DNA of 64,000 bases, taken from assembly GCA_051599415.1 (NCBI GenBank), contig AP039712.1, forward strand, positions 1-64,000, in the 5' to 3' direction. The notes below the pieces were generated by a model. That model worked only from the letters and a program-made list of their open reading frames with translations. It was not told the origin of the DNA and made no database searches. This DNA is from Savitreella phatthalungensis (lineage: Eukaryota). A program made the position numbers and the translations under genes. Of this stretch, positions 34,214 to 46,404 are shown in pieces (position 1 is the stretch's first letter; the number at the start of each line of letters is the position of its first letter).

Positions 34214-37200
34214 CTACTGCTGCCTAGATGTCCGAGGACCATACACAGGTGCGGGCGTTGAGATGCACGTAGCCGTGGAAAGGGTATCCCCTTTCTTGAC
34301 GAGCTCGACGCGGTCGCTGCCCTCTTGAGATGTCGGTGGGGAAGTGCCCCAGCTGGAAGGTCGAGCGTCGGCGCGACTGAAAGAGTGACCATCTGCTGAT
34401 GCATCCGCTTCATCTACGAACGGATTCGTGCGGCCACTGCTGCCACTGCCATTTGCTGCGCCAGGGTGGTGCTTGTCAAAGGATGGCGTTTCAGATGCAC
34501 CTTCGCTCGAGTCGCTCTTCGCTGCGCCTGTGAATTCGTCTCCAAAGTAGCCGAGCTTGACCTGTTCGCGCACGATGTCGGCATCTTGCGGAGCGTAGAG
34601 CGATCTATAAGCAATGATGCAGAAGCGAGGCAACAAGGCTGCGACTACTGTCACCAGCAAGACGGCCCAGAAGGTCAGAGAGCCATAGACATGGCTGGCG
34701 AGGTGGTAGAATTGCGGGTTCGCTTCAAATTGCGCATAGATGCCTGTCCACAGCCATAGCAGCAAGTTGCTGATCGCCCAGATGAGCATGAAGAGCCAGT
34801 CCCACCGGGACGTATTGATGAGGACAAAAGTATTGACCACAAGCACAGTTGGGTGAGCGATGTACGCTCCCAGCTCAACGAGCGAGTTGTTAGTATGTCC
34901 ATCCTGCTGAATGAAGGTGCCACGCCCGGACGCATTGTAAAGTAGAAATGGGAAGAAGAAGCAGATAGCCGATGCGTACAGGCCGTCTATCATGTATGAC
35001 CAGAATTTCATCGGCCTCCAGTCCTTGCGCAAGATGCCGCGCATGTAGAGTTGCGGCACCTTCATTGACACCCTCGCGCTCACGTCCTGGTCAAATGCGC
35101 CCATGAAGATGATGGGCAGCGAGGTGAAGGCGAGGTTGTAGAGTAGGATGTAGGTGTAGTCAAAGTGGTACTGACCGTCGAACTGGTCGTAAATCTGATA
35201 CCAAAACAACGTAAATGTCCAGACGATGTTTTTGTTGAAGAAGCAAGCGATCATCTCCGCAAGCCGGCGATACGACCATCGGCCGTGCACGAGCAGAAGC
35301 TTGGTCAAGAAACGGAACTGTCCAATAGCGTAGTCTGAAGACATCACGGCCTGTCTTCCCTCAACACCGGCGATACCGATGCCGACGTCAGCCTGCTGTA
35401 TCATGGCAACATCATTAGCGCCATCGCCAATTGACAATGTCATCACGTCAAGGCCCAGCTTGACCATGCGAACGACCTCGGCCTTCTGTGCGGGCGAGAC
35501 TCTGCAGCAGAGCACGGCTTTCATCTGCTTGCATAGCAGCAAGAAGCGCGTTCGCAAATCGTCGTGCAGCAGGAGCTTGAGCGTATCGCCATCGACTACG
35601 AGAGCCGTTTTCGAACTGGGTGGAGCGTGATCGTGCCGCGCAACTTTGAGTTCCTCTGGCGATCCGACAAGGTTAAATTTGCCGAGATGCATCGAGAGCA
35701 GGGATGCTGCTGTTTCCGGCTTGTCGCATGCCATTTGCACGACCTCCATATCGGTGTCAAGCAGATTGCATGAATAACCGATGTTGATGGCCGTCTCGAC
35801 CTTGTCGCCTGTCAGCACCCATAGCTTGATACCGGCCTCCCCGAGGAGCGCGATTGCCTCAGGGACGCCGTCTTGCAACCTATCCTCGATTGCTGTACCG
35901 CCGAGGAGGACAAGCTCACGCTCGATCTCATCGCATGATTCTGCAATCTTCTCCTCGCGGTTTGACAAGGAAGCAGCGGCAACACGGTGCTGCTTCGACC
36001 AATCGGCATAGTGCTGCTCTGAGAGGTCGCGATAGGCGATACAGAGTGTCCGCAATCCCTCATTAGCGAAGATGTCGAGATCGCGTGCAGTATCTTGTCT
36101 GACGGAGGTCTTCTGGTCCTCCGCTAGCCTTGCGAAAATAACGCTATCTGCACCCTTGCAGTAGAGACGAATGCCGCCATCCGGCTTCCTGACGATGATA
36201 GACATTCGCTTGCGCGACGAGTTGAATTCGAGCTCGTCCATGAGAACGTACTCGCGACGACAGCTTTCATGCTCGATGACAACGCCGCGCTGAGTACGCT
36301 CGGGCATGGGGAATCCGAGATCACGGGCGGTCGCAACTAGAGCAGCTTCGTCAGGCGACTGAGCCTTATAAATCAGACGCTGGCGATTCTGCGGATCACG
36401 CTCCACCAGGACAGTGTGGCAAAGAGCGAGTGCAAGCATGAATTGCTTACAAGCCTCAGCCTGGGTCTCTCCGTTGTGGCCGTTCATGTCGCGTATGAAT
36501 GTCGAAGAAACGAAAGTCAGCTCATCCTCGAGCAGATATCGGTTTCTTTGCTGTCGTAGTTGCTGCAGCATCGACGCGCGATCCTCCGATACGCGCTGAA
36601 GTTCGCGCTCGCGCATTGCGACTATATCATGACCCTGACGTTTGGCGATGCCAGCCATTGCTTCTGTATATGCCTCGCCGTAGGGGATACCATTGATGGT
36701 GCACTTCTTGAATTCCATGACGTTTTGCGTCAAGGTACCGGTCTTATCAGAGAAAACGTACTCGATCTGTCCGAGGTCATCTGAGATATTCCAGGACTTC
36801 GGCGTACACGGATAGTCGAGCTCTGCGTGGTACATGTCGAGATCACTGTATATGAAGTATGCCTGGGCTGTCTTGACAATCTCGATCGAGATATACAGAG
36901 AAATGGGCACAAGATTCTGAAAAAGGATCAGACAGGTGAAGAATGTCACGACTCCTGCCACGGCCGGGCCGCCAGCTTCTGCACCCATGTCGAAGACATT
37001 GAAAGTCGATGTCTGATCATCGAGATAGATACCGTTGGCTGTGCCACAGACCACGCACATGATGAACAGAAGAACGAAATTTGAAAGGACCGTCCAGTTG
37101 AGTTCACGTGCAATGCGACTGCGTTTCGAAGGCGTCACGCCAGCATTCTGCATGATCTTGGTGTCGTCGCCTGTAAAGACGACAATACCTATGACCCAAG

Positions 37201-38470
37201 CGGTGTTGCGAAGAGTGCAGCCTCGCAAGAGCAAGGTCTCTGCGGAAATGGGCTCGAGCTTCTCTTCAAACTTGGACGGATCCAGCTCGTCACGCTCTGT
37301 CCAGCGGGCCAGAGCCGAATAATTATATAGATGCGGCGATGGCCCTTCGCTCTCGATGATGAAACTAGCAGCCTCGCAGTCCAAGGGAGTCTTGATTTTC
37401 GAAGCAGCACGGAGACCGTGCCGAATCTTGAGATTCGTCTCTCCGTCAAGATTCTTGGTCTCAACATAGCATGCGCTGTCTGCCTCGCTCGTTGCCAGCA
37501 CAACGACGTCGGCTGGAATTGCGTCGTCATTGCGCAAGCGCACGAAGTCGCCCACTCGAACGTTCTTCCAGTAAGTCCTCTCCCATTCAGCTTTGCCAGG
37601 CGTCTGACGAGTCTTGTCGATAACGTCGCCGACGTTGTGCTGCATCGGGGCAAAGTCTGCCTCGTATTCATTGCCAGCCATCGGCTTGAGGATGGACTCC
37701 TCCCCATGAGCTCGGCTCTCTGATCTTCGGAGAAGATCCATACTTCTGCGCAAGTCAGCACTCCTCCGAACCATGTCAGCCGATGGTCGCGTGGTGATGC
37801 GATCGAGATCAAGGGGGTCCCCGACTTGTCCTTTGCGCTGCGCATTGAGCTTGCGAATGAGGCGAGAAGTAGCTTTTTTTATTCTTCTCCAAACACCTAC
37901 TTGCTCGTCTGTGGCATTCGCGTTATGCCAAAGCCCAAGCCTTCTAGTGGGTGTATTATTGACCTGATTGTCAAGCACAGTTCTACGCCAGTCCTCGATC
38001 GCATCCTTTATAGCTGTTATAACGACAATGACGATCAGCGGAACGGCTGAGAGCCCAGGATTTGTTGCGCCAAAGATGCTAAAGCACTGAAGGATCACAA
38101 GCAGTAAGAAGTAGAGGTTTGCGACGTTGTGGAACTGGTACCAGAGATTTTTCGGAACAAAGGACAACGGCGTATATTTTGCCGTGCGAATCTTGTTACG
38201 CGGATACCGATGACGGATCAATCGATCTTCGTCGAGATCGACCTCGTCGACAGGCACATTGACATAGATGGTGCGGCGCTCTTCCAGCTTCAGCTCATTC
38301 TCATCGCGTAAATCTTCACCACCGTGGGTAGCGGGATTTTCGCCGCCGAAGTTCTCGCCAATTGTCTCGAGTCGCGGATTTTGCGGTCCTCGGCGCGCTG
38401 ATAGACGTCGAAGAATAGCCTTCGAGCTATTGGCCGGGTGCCGGATTGTCGCCCATCGGACCCGGGCCAT
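34214..38470 (-). CDS. DNF1: P4-type ATPase phospholipid flippase, Dnf1/Dnf2 type
   Basis: NKIRTAKYTPLSF, ETKNLDGETNLK, VPISLY, FSDKTGTLTQN, SPDEAAL, LTGDKVETA, IGDGAND. First ATG is at 38470. Confidence 0.93.
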   Translation of the reverse strand: MARVRWATIRHPANSSKAILRRLSARRGPQNPRLETIGENFGGENPATHGGEDLRDENELKLEERRTIYVNVPVDEVDLDEDRLIRHRYPRNKIRTAKYTPLSFVPKNLWYQFHNVANLYFLLLVILQCFSIFGATNPGLSAVPLIVIVVITAIKDAIEDWRRTVLDNQVNNTPTRRLGLWHNANATDEQVGVWRRIKKATSRLIRKLNAQRKGQVGDPLDLDRITTRPSADMVRRSADLRRSMDLLRRSESRAHGEESILKPMAGNEYEADFAPMQHNVGDVIDKTRQTPGKAEWERTYWKNVRVGDFVRLRNDDAIPADVVVLATSEADSACYVETKNLDGETNLKIRHGLRAASKIKTPLDCEAASFIIESEGPSPHLYNYSALARWTERDELDPSKFEEKLEPISAETLLLRGCTLRNTAWVIGIVVFTGDDTKIMQNAGVTPSKRSRIARELNWTVLSNFVLLFIMCVVCGTANGIYLDDQTSTFNVFDMGAEAGGPAVAGVVTFFTCLILFQNLVPISLYISIEIVKTAQAYFIYSDLDMYHAELDYPCTPKSWNISDDLGQIEYVFSDKTGTLTQNVMEFKKCTINGIPYGEAYTEAMAGIAKRQGHDIVAMRERELQRVSEDRASMLQQLRQQRNRYLLEDELTFVSSTFIRDMNGHNGETQAEACKQFMLALALCHTVLVERDPQNRQRLIYKAQSPDEAALVATARDLGFPMPERTQRGVVIEHESCRREYVLMDELEFNSSRKRMSIIVRKPDGGIRLYCKGADSVIFARLAEDQKTSVRQDTARDLDIFANEGLRTLCIAYRDLSEQHYADWSKQHRVAAASLSNREEKIAESCDEIERELVLLGGTAIEDRLQDGVPEAIALLGEAGIKLWVLTGDKVETAINIGYSCNLLDTDMEVVQMACDKPETAASLLSMHLGKFNLVGSPEELKVARHDHAPPSSKTALVVDGDTLKLLLHDDLRTRFLLLCKQMKAVLCCRVSPAQKAEVVRMVKLGLDVMTLSIGDGANDVAMIQQADVGIGIAGVEGRQAVMSSDYAIGQFRFLTKLLLVHGRWSYRRLAEMIACFFNKNIVWTFTLFWYQIYDQFDGQYHFDYTYILLYNLAFTSLPIIFMGAFDQDVSARVSMKVPQLYMRGILRKDWRPMKFWSYMIDGLYASAICFFFPFLLYNASGRGTFIQQDGHTNNSLVELGAYIAHPTVLVVNTFVLINTSRWDWLFMLIWAISNLLLWLWTGIYAQFEANPQFYHLASHVYGSLTFWAVLLVTVVAALLPRFCIIAYRSLYAPQDADIVREQVKLGYFGDEFTGAAKSDSSEGASETPSFDKHHPGAANGSGSSGRTNPFVDEADASADGHSFSRADARPSSWGTSPPTSQEGSDRVELVKKGDTLSTATCISTPAPVYGPRTSRQQ

Positions 38471-40307
38471 GTCGCGCCTTGCCAATCAGGTGAACGCTTC
38501 CCTGAATCTCGGCTTAAACGACGCTTCTCGATGCGACGCGTGTGCAAGTCCGAGCAGGTCGTGATGACAAAGTGCGACCTTATAAAGAAATTTTGATCAG
38601 CACCTAATTCGATGGCGCGTGAGAGACGTGCGAAGGGAATGAGCAGTCAGATCTTTTTGCAAAGCAGCTTTGCAGTGCCGTCTCTGATAGATGAGGCCGG
38701 TTCGTCCCCGTGTCTATTCTTGTACAGAAAGAATAGCTCGAATCTGCTAACCTCAATTGAGGTAAATGCGACGATCAACACACTAACACCAACTCAGTGT
38801 CCTGTCCGACCCAGAGCTAGACAGGAACCTCGGTGAGCAACGAGTGAAAGTACTTTGTCTATGTGAGCATGAGACGATGAGCACGGATGAGTCAATGAAG
38901 TTCGTCACGGCCAAAGATTGTGTTCGGATTAGTGACTGAGGACGAGTAAATGGCCGGGTGAGCGGGAGAGTTCTGAGGCCTGAGGGATTCAGGTTATTAG
39001 ATCAACGCAAGGGAGGAAGAATTATTGACGGGAAGAAAAGAGCGAGGCCACTAGGAGATTGGTACATCTGAGCAGAGTAAGAAAGTATGATGGAATTTAC
39101 TGTACCAAAAGGTGGCACATTAGTCCGGAGGAATTTCACCCTGACGCGCCGAGATCAATATCATAAGATATAGACAGCCAACCGCACACCCACATGCATA
39201 TACACTCACTCATCCATATGGAACGCGCATGGATGGACGGAAATACGTGAGTGAGTTTGTTCGTTCGTTCGTTCTTTCTTGATTACAAAACAGAAAAATA
39301 GAAAGTGTTGCATAGAGCAATTGAAAGGACGATATCTGTTGACGATCATCGTTATAACTGCGAATAATCGTAGGATCAATGATACTTATTGATTTCAAAT
39401 TGACTTTGATACACACGCAAGCTCTCATGAGAGGTTCGATATCTGCTCATATGTGAGGTATAAATCGATCATGATGAATTTAGATTTGTTACCAGATAGG
39501 AGGCAATTGCTTCTGCTTTCGACAAGGATACGCAGAGCTGCGGATCTGTAGGGGATCCCCAAATGCGTACAGGAGAAGACACCGAGCGGGACAGCGAGCC
39601 TGCTTGAGCCAGCACATAGTCATGTGCACCTCCAGACACTGTCGGCACTTCATGACGCTGTCGGACACGATAGACAGAGTAAGCTAGCCAGCGAGCCATT
39701 GCCGAGGACCGTAGAGAGCAAGGACCTTTGCGTCCTCCTTCGTCCTCAATCCTTTATTCGTGACAGGAGTATCTGTCAACCTAGCAATGAGGCAGCCGAA
39801 TTCAAATAGAGCTATACTTATATAGTGGCCACCGATTCGAGCGCTTTTGATCACCTGCACGACGAGCGTGCAACTATGCATGTGTGCACGCATGGCGGAT
39901 CATGGTCCTCAATATCAAAATGCGTCCGAGTTGCTCAGCACATCAGGTCGTGTCATGCATCTCGCCGCCATTCGTCGGCCTATGTGGCTAAACATCGTGA
40001 CGCTTCGACACGGTACTCGTCGCGCGCTAGCTAGTCTACGTACTCAATCATCGCTTCATCTATCGATCGCTCGGGGCGGATGACCACCCCGACTGCTTGA
40101 ACGACGAAATGATGCATAGTCCGTGGTGATTCACGAGGTGGTCATTTCAACAAATCTCACTGGAACGATCACATCCGCAAATATGGTCTATCAAGAATCA
40201 TTGACGACGATAAATGGTAATGCTGATGAACGATGACGCCCGTGCGCTGCTTTCTACGATAATGCTGCAATGTTCCCTGGCCTTTTTGCCTCCCCTCGCT
40301 GACCCAA

Positions 40308-41516
40308 TTACTGATACGAATTTGTCCTCCCAAAGGCAGGTCCATAGCCAGGCCGCCGATCATAGACGGGCCCAGCAATCGGCGGCTGCACCGGTGGCTG
40401 GTGCTGTGAGTATTGGTGTTGTTGCTGCTGATGCATCATCGGCGGAGGTTGCATTGAGCCTTGTTGATCCCCATAGGCATGGAGTGGAGGCAGCATCCCG
40501 CTTGCACTGAGACCGCCGCTACTGCCCGGGGGCACTCCGGTGCCTGTCGCATGCTGTTGCCTAGGCGATTGCTGCAGAAAGCCCATCTCCCCTTGTGGCT
40601 GTGCGGCTGCTGGTGACAGCATTGGGGGTGGCATGCTCGAAAAGCCAGAGGGCAAAGCGGCACGCATATTGTATGAATCTGCGCTCAACGGTGCATGTTC
40701 GTATGTAGCGGATCTGGGTGTTTGGCGCGGAGTCGAGCGCGAGTAGGTCGAATCCGTCCGAAGCGTTCGATCGCTCGCCACAGATCCTCGTCGTGCATCT
40801 GTCATGATAGTAAGGTCGGCTTCTGCTGTTGGGCCAGAGCCCAAATCGCCGTTGGCACGTTTCGATTGATAATCTCGCAGTACTTCCCAGGCCGAGCGTT
40901 CATTGTCGTTCGAGATGGTCTCTGCCATGTGCGCGTCCTTGCCACGCTGAGTGCGCCAAGCTTGACGCCGATTCTGAAACCATATCTGCACTGTGCGCGA
41001 TGTCATAGCGAGTTCCTTCCCAAGAGCGTTGCGCAGCTCAGTTGATGGGAAGAATGTCTTCTCGAAGATGTCGTTAAGTAGACCAAGTTGCTGTGGGGAA
41101 GCGCGCTTCCGCTTTGCCTTGAGCGTAACTTTCTGTGCAGGCGACATTGGCGGTGAGAATTGGCCGCCTGATGCATATGCTGTAGAATCGAGCGACCGCG
41201 AGAAGGGTAGATCATAGGCCGAAGACGTTGATGCGTAGCGAGAGTGCCCGAACTCGGGCTTGACAGGTGCATCGAAACCCAGACCATAAGGTGCATTCAT
41301 AGGCGCAGGCACCGGATAAGACGGTGGTTGATAGGCGCCGACGCCTGGGGGTTGCATCGTAGCACTCGAGGGCTGTACTTCCTGGGCGCGCGCAAATGGC
41401 GGCAGCGTGCGTGACGCGCCGCCAAGGGCGCTCCAGCCAGCCGGTGCGGCAATGTCATCCGCACCCCTTGGCGTACCGCGCCAGCGCGAATCTTGGAAAC
41501 CGTACGGACTTGTCAT
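40308..41516 (-). CDS. Homeodomain transcription factor (Yox1/Yhp1-like); start uncertain
   Basis: KRKRASPQQLGLLNDIFEKTFFPSTELRNALGKELAMTSRTVQIWFQNRRQ. First in-frame ATG is at 41516; a possible acceptor lies near 41570. Confidence 0.88.
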   Translation of the reverse strand: MTSPYGFQDSRWRGTPRGADDIAAPAGWSALGGASRTLPPFARAQEVQPSSATMQPPGVGAYQPPSYPVPAPMNAPYGLGFDAPVKPEFGHSRYASTSSAYDLPFSRSLDSTAYASGGQFSPPMSPAQKVTLKAKRKRASPQQLGLLNDIFEKTFFPSTELRNALGKELAMTSRTVQIWFQNRRQAWRTQRGKDAHMAETISNDNERSAWEVLRDYQSKRANGDLGSGPTAEADLTIMTDARRGSVASDRTLRTDSTYSRSTPRQTPRSATYEHAPLSADSYNMRAALPSGFSSMPPPMLSPAAAQPQGEMGFLQQSPRQQHATGTGVPPGSSGGLSASGMLPPLHAYGDQQGSMQPPPMMHQQQQHQYSQHQPPVQPPIAGPVYDRRPGYGPAFGRTNSYQ

Positions 41517-44500
41517 CGTATACTTTATTCCATCGTCGCGCTTCAATGCCCCGCCGCTCGAAAGAGAGTCTGAAATATGAGATATGGTCAACAGCGTCGG
41601 TTATTGCTCTGACCGAGCTGGATTTGGCGGGTTCAAATATATGTTTGAGTAGGAGTCTGAGTATGTGCAGGTTATGTATATTGGACTTCGGGTGTGTCAG
41701 AGAAGTGATGAAAGACGATTAATGTCCGGTCGTCAGGATGGTAATATACCGAACAGTGAAGCACAAGCTCGGCAGACTAGAGATCGGGCTATCTGTGCGA
41801 CTAGCTTGTCTAGCGTGCTGACCGAGTACAGAGGTCTAAGGATGTCTCTGATGTCGAGACAATTTTGAATCAGTGTCATAGAGTTCGTTTCTCGCCTCGC
41901 TCATTCCCTGTGGTCCTTCATCTTCACCCTACACCTCGCCCTGCTATTTGGTGGATACTACACATCAGGCTCAATGACAATGACCCTTTGTCGTTCTGCC
42001 TTGTCCACAATCGGATCAGAGCCTAACAGACGGGGCATCCGTCACTTGATCACGAGTCATCGACGGACTGCGCTACTTACACAGGCGCGTGAGCTTGCGT
42101 AGAGTCTCTCCTGCCTCTGCTCAAAGCCACCAGAGCTCTTGTATCAATCTAGCGGGTCTCAGCACAGGTGGGTCTGTCAGCCACAGATCTTGTGGGTTGA
42201 ACGCCAAAAAGTGACGCCCTTTACGCCGCCGCCCCCTCCGCCTATGTAAGCCCAGCAGTGTCAATTTCTTCCATACTGAGGGCAGAGGTTTGTGGATGTA
42301 TTTGGAAAGGGCAAGAGATTAGCTTTTCTAAAATACTCTAGGCATTGAAGCTTCCCTAACTGAGATCGGCTGTTCAGATGAATATGGCTGCCCCTCCCTC
42401 CGATCCCTGCTTCCGTCTCATATACCCCAGTGCCAGGCGTGGTCGTCCGAGAAAAACTCCGGAGGTGGGTCACTTCTTTCCCGTCATTGGGTCCTATTTG
42501 CAAGTGGTTCACCGTCCAGGTCACCAAGAAATCATCGGGCGGAGGGACACAGCCATCCGTCACAGCGCTCAAGCGATAAGACCTTCCCGCAATGCAACAA
42601 TGGATCATACGTCCTCCAAAACCTGTGTATTTGACTAGGGCTTGGCTTCGTGGATTTTGACCCTATCTCCTTGCTAGATCTCCTTTGCCTCGGGAAGCCA
42701 CATGACTGTGGATCAGCTCGCGTCGTGGCCTGGCTCGTGAGCACACTTTGGCGCACGCGTGTTGCGGACGCTGGCATTGATGCCCTTTGTCGCACGCGCC
42801 CCGCCGATCGCATGGCAAAATCCTTGCACGTCGTTGCAAGCGAGTGCGTTCCATCCGCTCCTAGTGTGCGGTGTGTGCGGCTAGCTTTACGATTGTGAAT
42901 CTATAGGCAGCCAGGAAACTCATGCGTTCTGACACACACACCTCAGATACGACGTTCGATCCGGGAACGAAACCAATCATTTTGAGATCAGCTTGCGCGA
43001 TTGGTGCTGTAAGTTAGGATCTCCGCCAATTTTCGAAAACGTTGTCCGTTATCTAGTGGAGAAGAAGTGACTTTCTTTCTATCTTTGGTCTCTGAAATCA
43101 TGGGCACAATTGTGATGCTGAAGAAGGTCAGATCGTCTAAAGCAGAATCCAGCTGCGAACACTTGGTTAGATAAAATATGCAAAGCGACAACCCTTTCCA
43201 GGCTCGTGAACTACTGAGCTACCGTGCCCTGTTCAGGCCGGCGTAGCTTTAGAGCGGGACAGATCATCTGAAGATTGGCTACTAGCTCATCGCTCTGTCT
43301 AATCGAAACACATTGGACTTCTTCGCACGCGCAAGTCGGATCCGAAGACGATCGTCTGTCAGCGAGTCATTTAGTGAGGGCATGATGACCGTCTCGAAGG
43401 ATTCCAGTTGGTCTTTTCATCGGTCAAACTGCGCGCAACGACTAACACTGACTTGAGTTCTGCATCGTTTACCTTATCACCCGTCTGCGAGACTATGGAA
43501 ATTTCGACTAAGTGTAGATAAGATTCCTGTCCGTAAGTGCATAATAATTGAACTCCACCTGAGCTTAGCAATAACCCCTCGAAATGTATATCGGTTTGCA
43601 GATCTCTCGTCCACAGACGTCACCCAAATTTGTTTTCTTAGCCAAGGACGATTGAGCCTCAGCTTTTTATAGCTGAAGGTTCTGCAAGTGCTTTGGTGCG
43701 TGGAGTTCGAACCCGTTTCAGGAAGGACTTCCGGGAGAAAAGCGGGAAGGAGAGTCAGGAAAGGAGAAGATCCAGCACGTAGCATGAAACAAGTGAAATA
43801 TCGCAAATTCATCCATTTCCTGCTGTTCTGAGCATCTCCAGCATCTCCTTGGGGTTATTTCCCCGCAATAGAGGGCAAATCCAATGAGTGGCATCTCGGG
43901 TAAAGTAGAATACGACGTCAATGCTGGAACTTGAGCTGCGCCTTGTGAATGTTCCGCATGATCACTACATGCGCCTGAAGCAGAACCGCGCCTAACAGAT
44001 GAAGGAGAAATTCTAGCGAGATTGCTTGCCTGGCGTGGACCCGCGCAACCCCGTCTTTAGATCTTTATTGGGCCGCCCGGCGGAAGGCGCCAATTACAAC
44101 GTATTGTACAGAACCGCCCCTGGCTAACTCTGCATCCAAGAGCTCTTGCAACGAAACACAAGCGATGTTCGACGTCATATGGCCACTGTGCATCGGTGAA
44201 GGGCGAGGATTATTCGTGATTCATCTAGGGATTGTATTGGAAAACCCGCGGTACAGTGGCACTAGTGGCTGTGACAAAGCGAGATTGCATGTGCCCAAAC
44301 TAATACATCCATGAACGACTAGTCGTCTTATGAGAACTCTGCAGTTTGTGGGTCAAGAAGCAGCCGTTCAGTGAGGACGTACGTGTAGTGCGGCTGGTGA
44401 CATGCGTGAACATAAAGAAACAACGGAGATTTAGGAGATTCACCACTCGAAGCTCGAGACACGGACGTATTGTCGATTGAACTTGTCAGCCCACAGAGTC

Positions 44501-44805
44501 TGCAAGCAGTTTGAAAGGTGGCCTGTCGATTACGATCGACCTGGAACCAAAATTAGAACCTATTTGCAGAGGTGTTTTCTGCCTGTCTGTCGACGGAGCA
44601 TGTAAAAAAGGTCTCCATAGCTGATCACGTGCCGCCATGATCGAGAAACACGTGACTCAGACCTGTCCGGCAGGTACAGTCGAATCGACTGCAATTGAAG
44701 CAAAATCTGGATTCACTTCCTCCTGCGATCGCAACACGAAAAGGACGACAGCACACTTGACAGCAGGCTTTTCACATACACACACACGCACGGCATCAAA
44801 TCGAC

Positions 44806-46312
44806 ATGTCGGCACATCAGCAGGAAGAAGTAAGCCTGCCATCACCCTCCTAGATATACACCATACAGCGGCTGACGCGCGACAAAAGGATCTGATCGAC
44901 TATGAGTCTGACGAAGAGACGTCCCCGCAGACAACTGCCGCCGGTGTCGGTGCAGGGTCTGCAGTAGACTCGAAAAGCAATGGGACAGCAGAAGTCAAGA
45001 AGGACGATGCTAAAGCCAAGGGTTCTTACGTCGGCATTCACAGCACGGGCTTCCGTGACTTCCTTCTGAGACCAGAGCTCCTACGCGCCATCACAGATTG
45101 CGGATTCGAGCACCCATCCGAAGGTACGATTCATCGACTCGACCATTCCTATTCGCTCGCACACTCACACTCTTTCCCCTTACAGTCCAACAAGTCTGCA
45201 TTCCGCAGGCAATCCTCGGCATGGACGTGCTCTGCCAGGCGAAGTCTGGCTTGGGCAAGACCGCTGTCTTCGTCCTCGCCACGCTTCAACAGCTAGAGCA
45301 ACCTGTAGACGGCGAGGTGTCAGTCATCGTCCTCTGCCACACACGCGAGCTCGCATTCCAGATCCGCAATGAGTACGCGCGTTTCAGCAAGTACTTGCCT
45401 GACATCCGAACAGCGACGTTTTATGGTGGTACGCCCGTTCAGGAAGACATCGACGCGCTCAAGGACAAGGCGACCTGTCCTCACATCGTTGTGGCGACGC
45501 CCGGCCGATTGAACGCGCTCGTGCGCGACAAGCATTTGCGCGCTGGCTCCGTCAAGCATTTTGTGCTCGATGAGTGTGACAAGCTGCTCGAGACTGTCGA
45601 CATGCGTCGTGACATCCAGGATGTCTTCCGCGCGACTCCTCACAGCAAGCAGGTCATGATGTTCAGTGCTACTCTCGCTCAAGACATTCGGCCTGTTTGC
45701 AAGAAATTCATGCAGAATCCTCTCGAGATCTATGTCGACGACGAGACCAAGCTGACTCTGCACGGTCTTCAGCAGCACTTTGTCAGGCTTGAAGAGAACC
45801 AAAAGAATCGCAAACTCAACGATTTGCTTGACTCGCTCGAGTTCAACCAGGTGGTCATCTTTGTCAAGAGCGTTCGCCGTGCCGACGAGCTCGACAGACT
45901 TCTGCGCGAATGCAACTTCCCTTCAATCGCCATTCACGGTGGTCTTCAGCAGGCCGAGCGGTAATTGAATCTCCCGGACATTATTGAGTCGATTCACTAA
46001 CCAAGCAGTATCGCGCGCTACAAGCAATTCAAGGCCTTCGAGAAGCGCATCGCTGTCTGCACAGATGTCTTTGGTCGCGGTATCGACATTGAGCGCATCA
46101 ACATTGCCATCAACTACGACATCCCAGGTGAACCCGACACGTATCTGCACCGTGTTGGTCGTGCAGGCCGGTTTGGAACCAAGGGTCTCGGCATCACATT
46201 CGTGTCCTCGCCGGAGGATGAAGAAGTGCTGAAGAAGATCCAGGGCAGGTTCGAGGTCAGCATCACTGAGCTTCCGGATGAGATCGACCAGAACCTGTAC
46301 ATGAACTCATAG
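44806..46312 (+). CDS. SUB2: DECD-box RNA helicase Sub2/UAP56, 4 exons (44806-44829, 44889-45123, 45186-45960, 46009-46312)
   Basis: [61 protein letters not shown]; three GT-AG introns restore the frame. Confidence 0.96.
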
Positions 46313-46404
46313 GTAAAAAATTCACTTACTCATTTGCATTCCCGTCTACCCTCAATAACACCGTCACACGGTCAAGAGATTCTGCCGGGCGACATCGAGC
46401 AGCC

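Noticed and set aside
39470..39560. ATGATGA box-C-like motif (snoRNA candidate)
   Set aside because: No properly placed CTGA box D or terminal stem was seen.
43237..43300. GCCGGCGTAGCT..AGAGCG resembling a tRNA 5' end
   Set aside because: No D-loop GG, T-loop or complementary acceptor strand.
44637..45296. 219-aa ORF upstream of SUB2
   Set aside because: It is an unspliced read-through of the SUB2 exon 2 frame; the real start is 44806.
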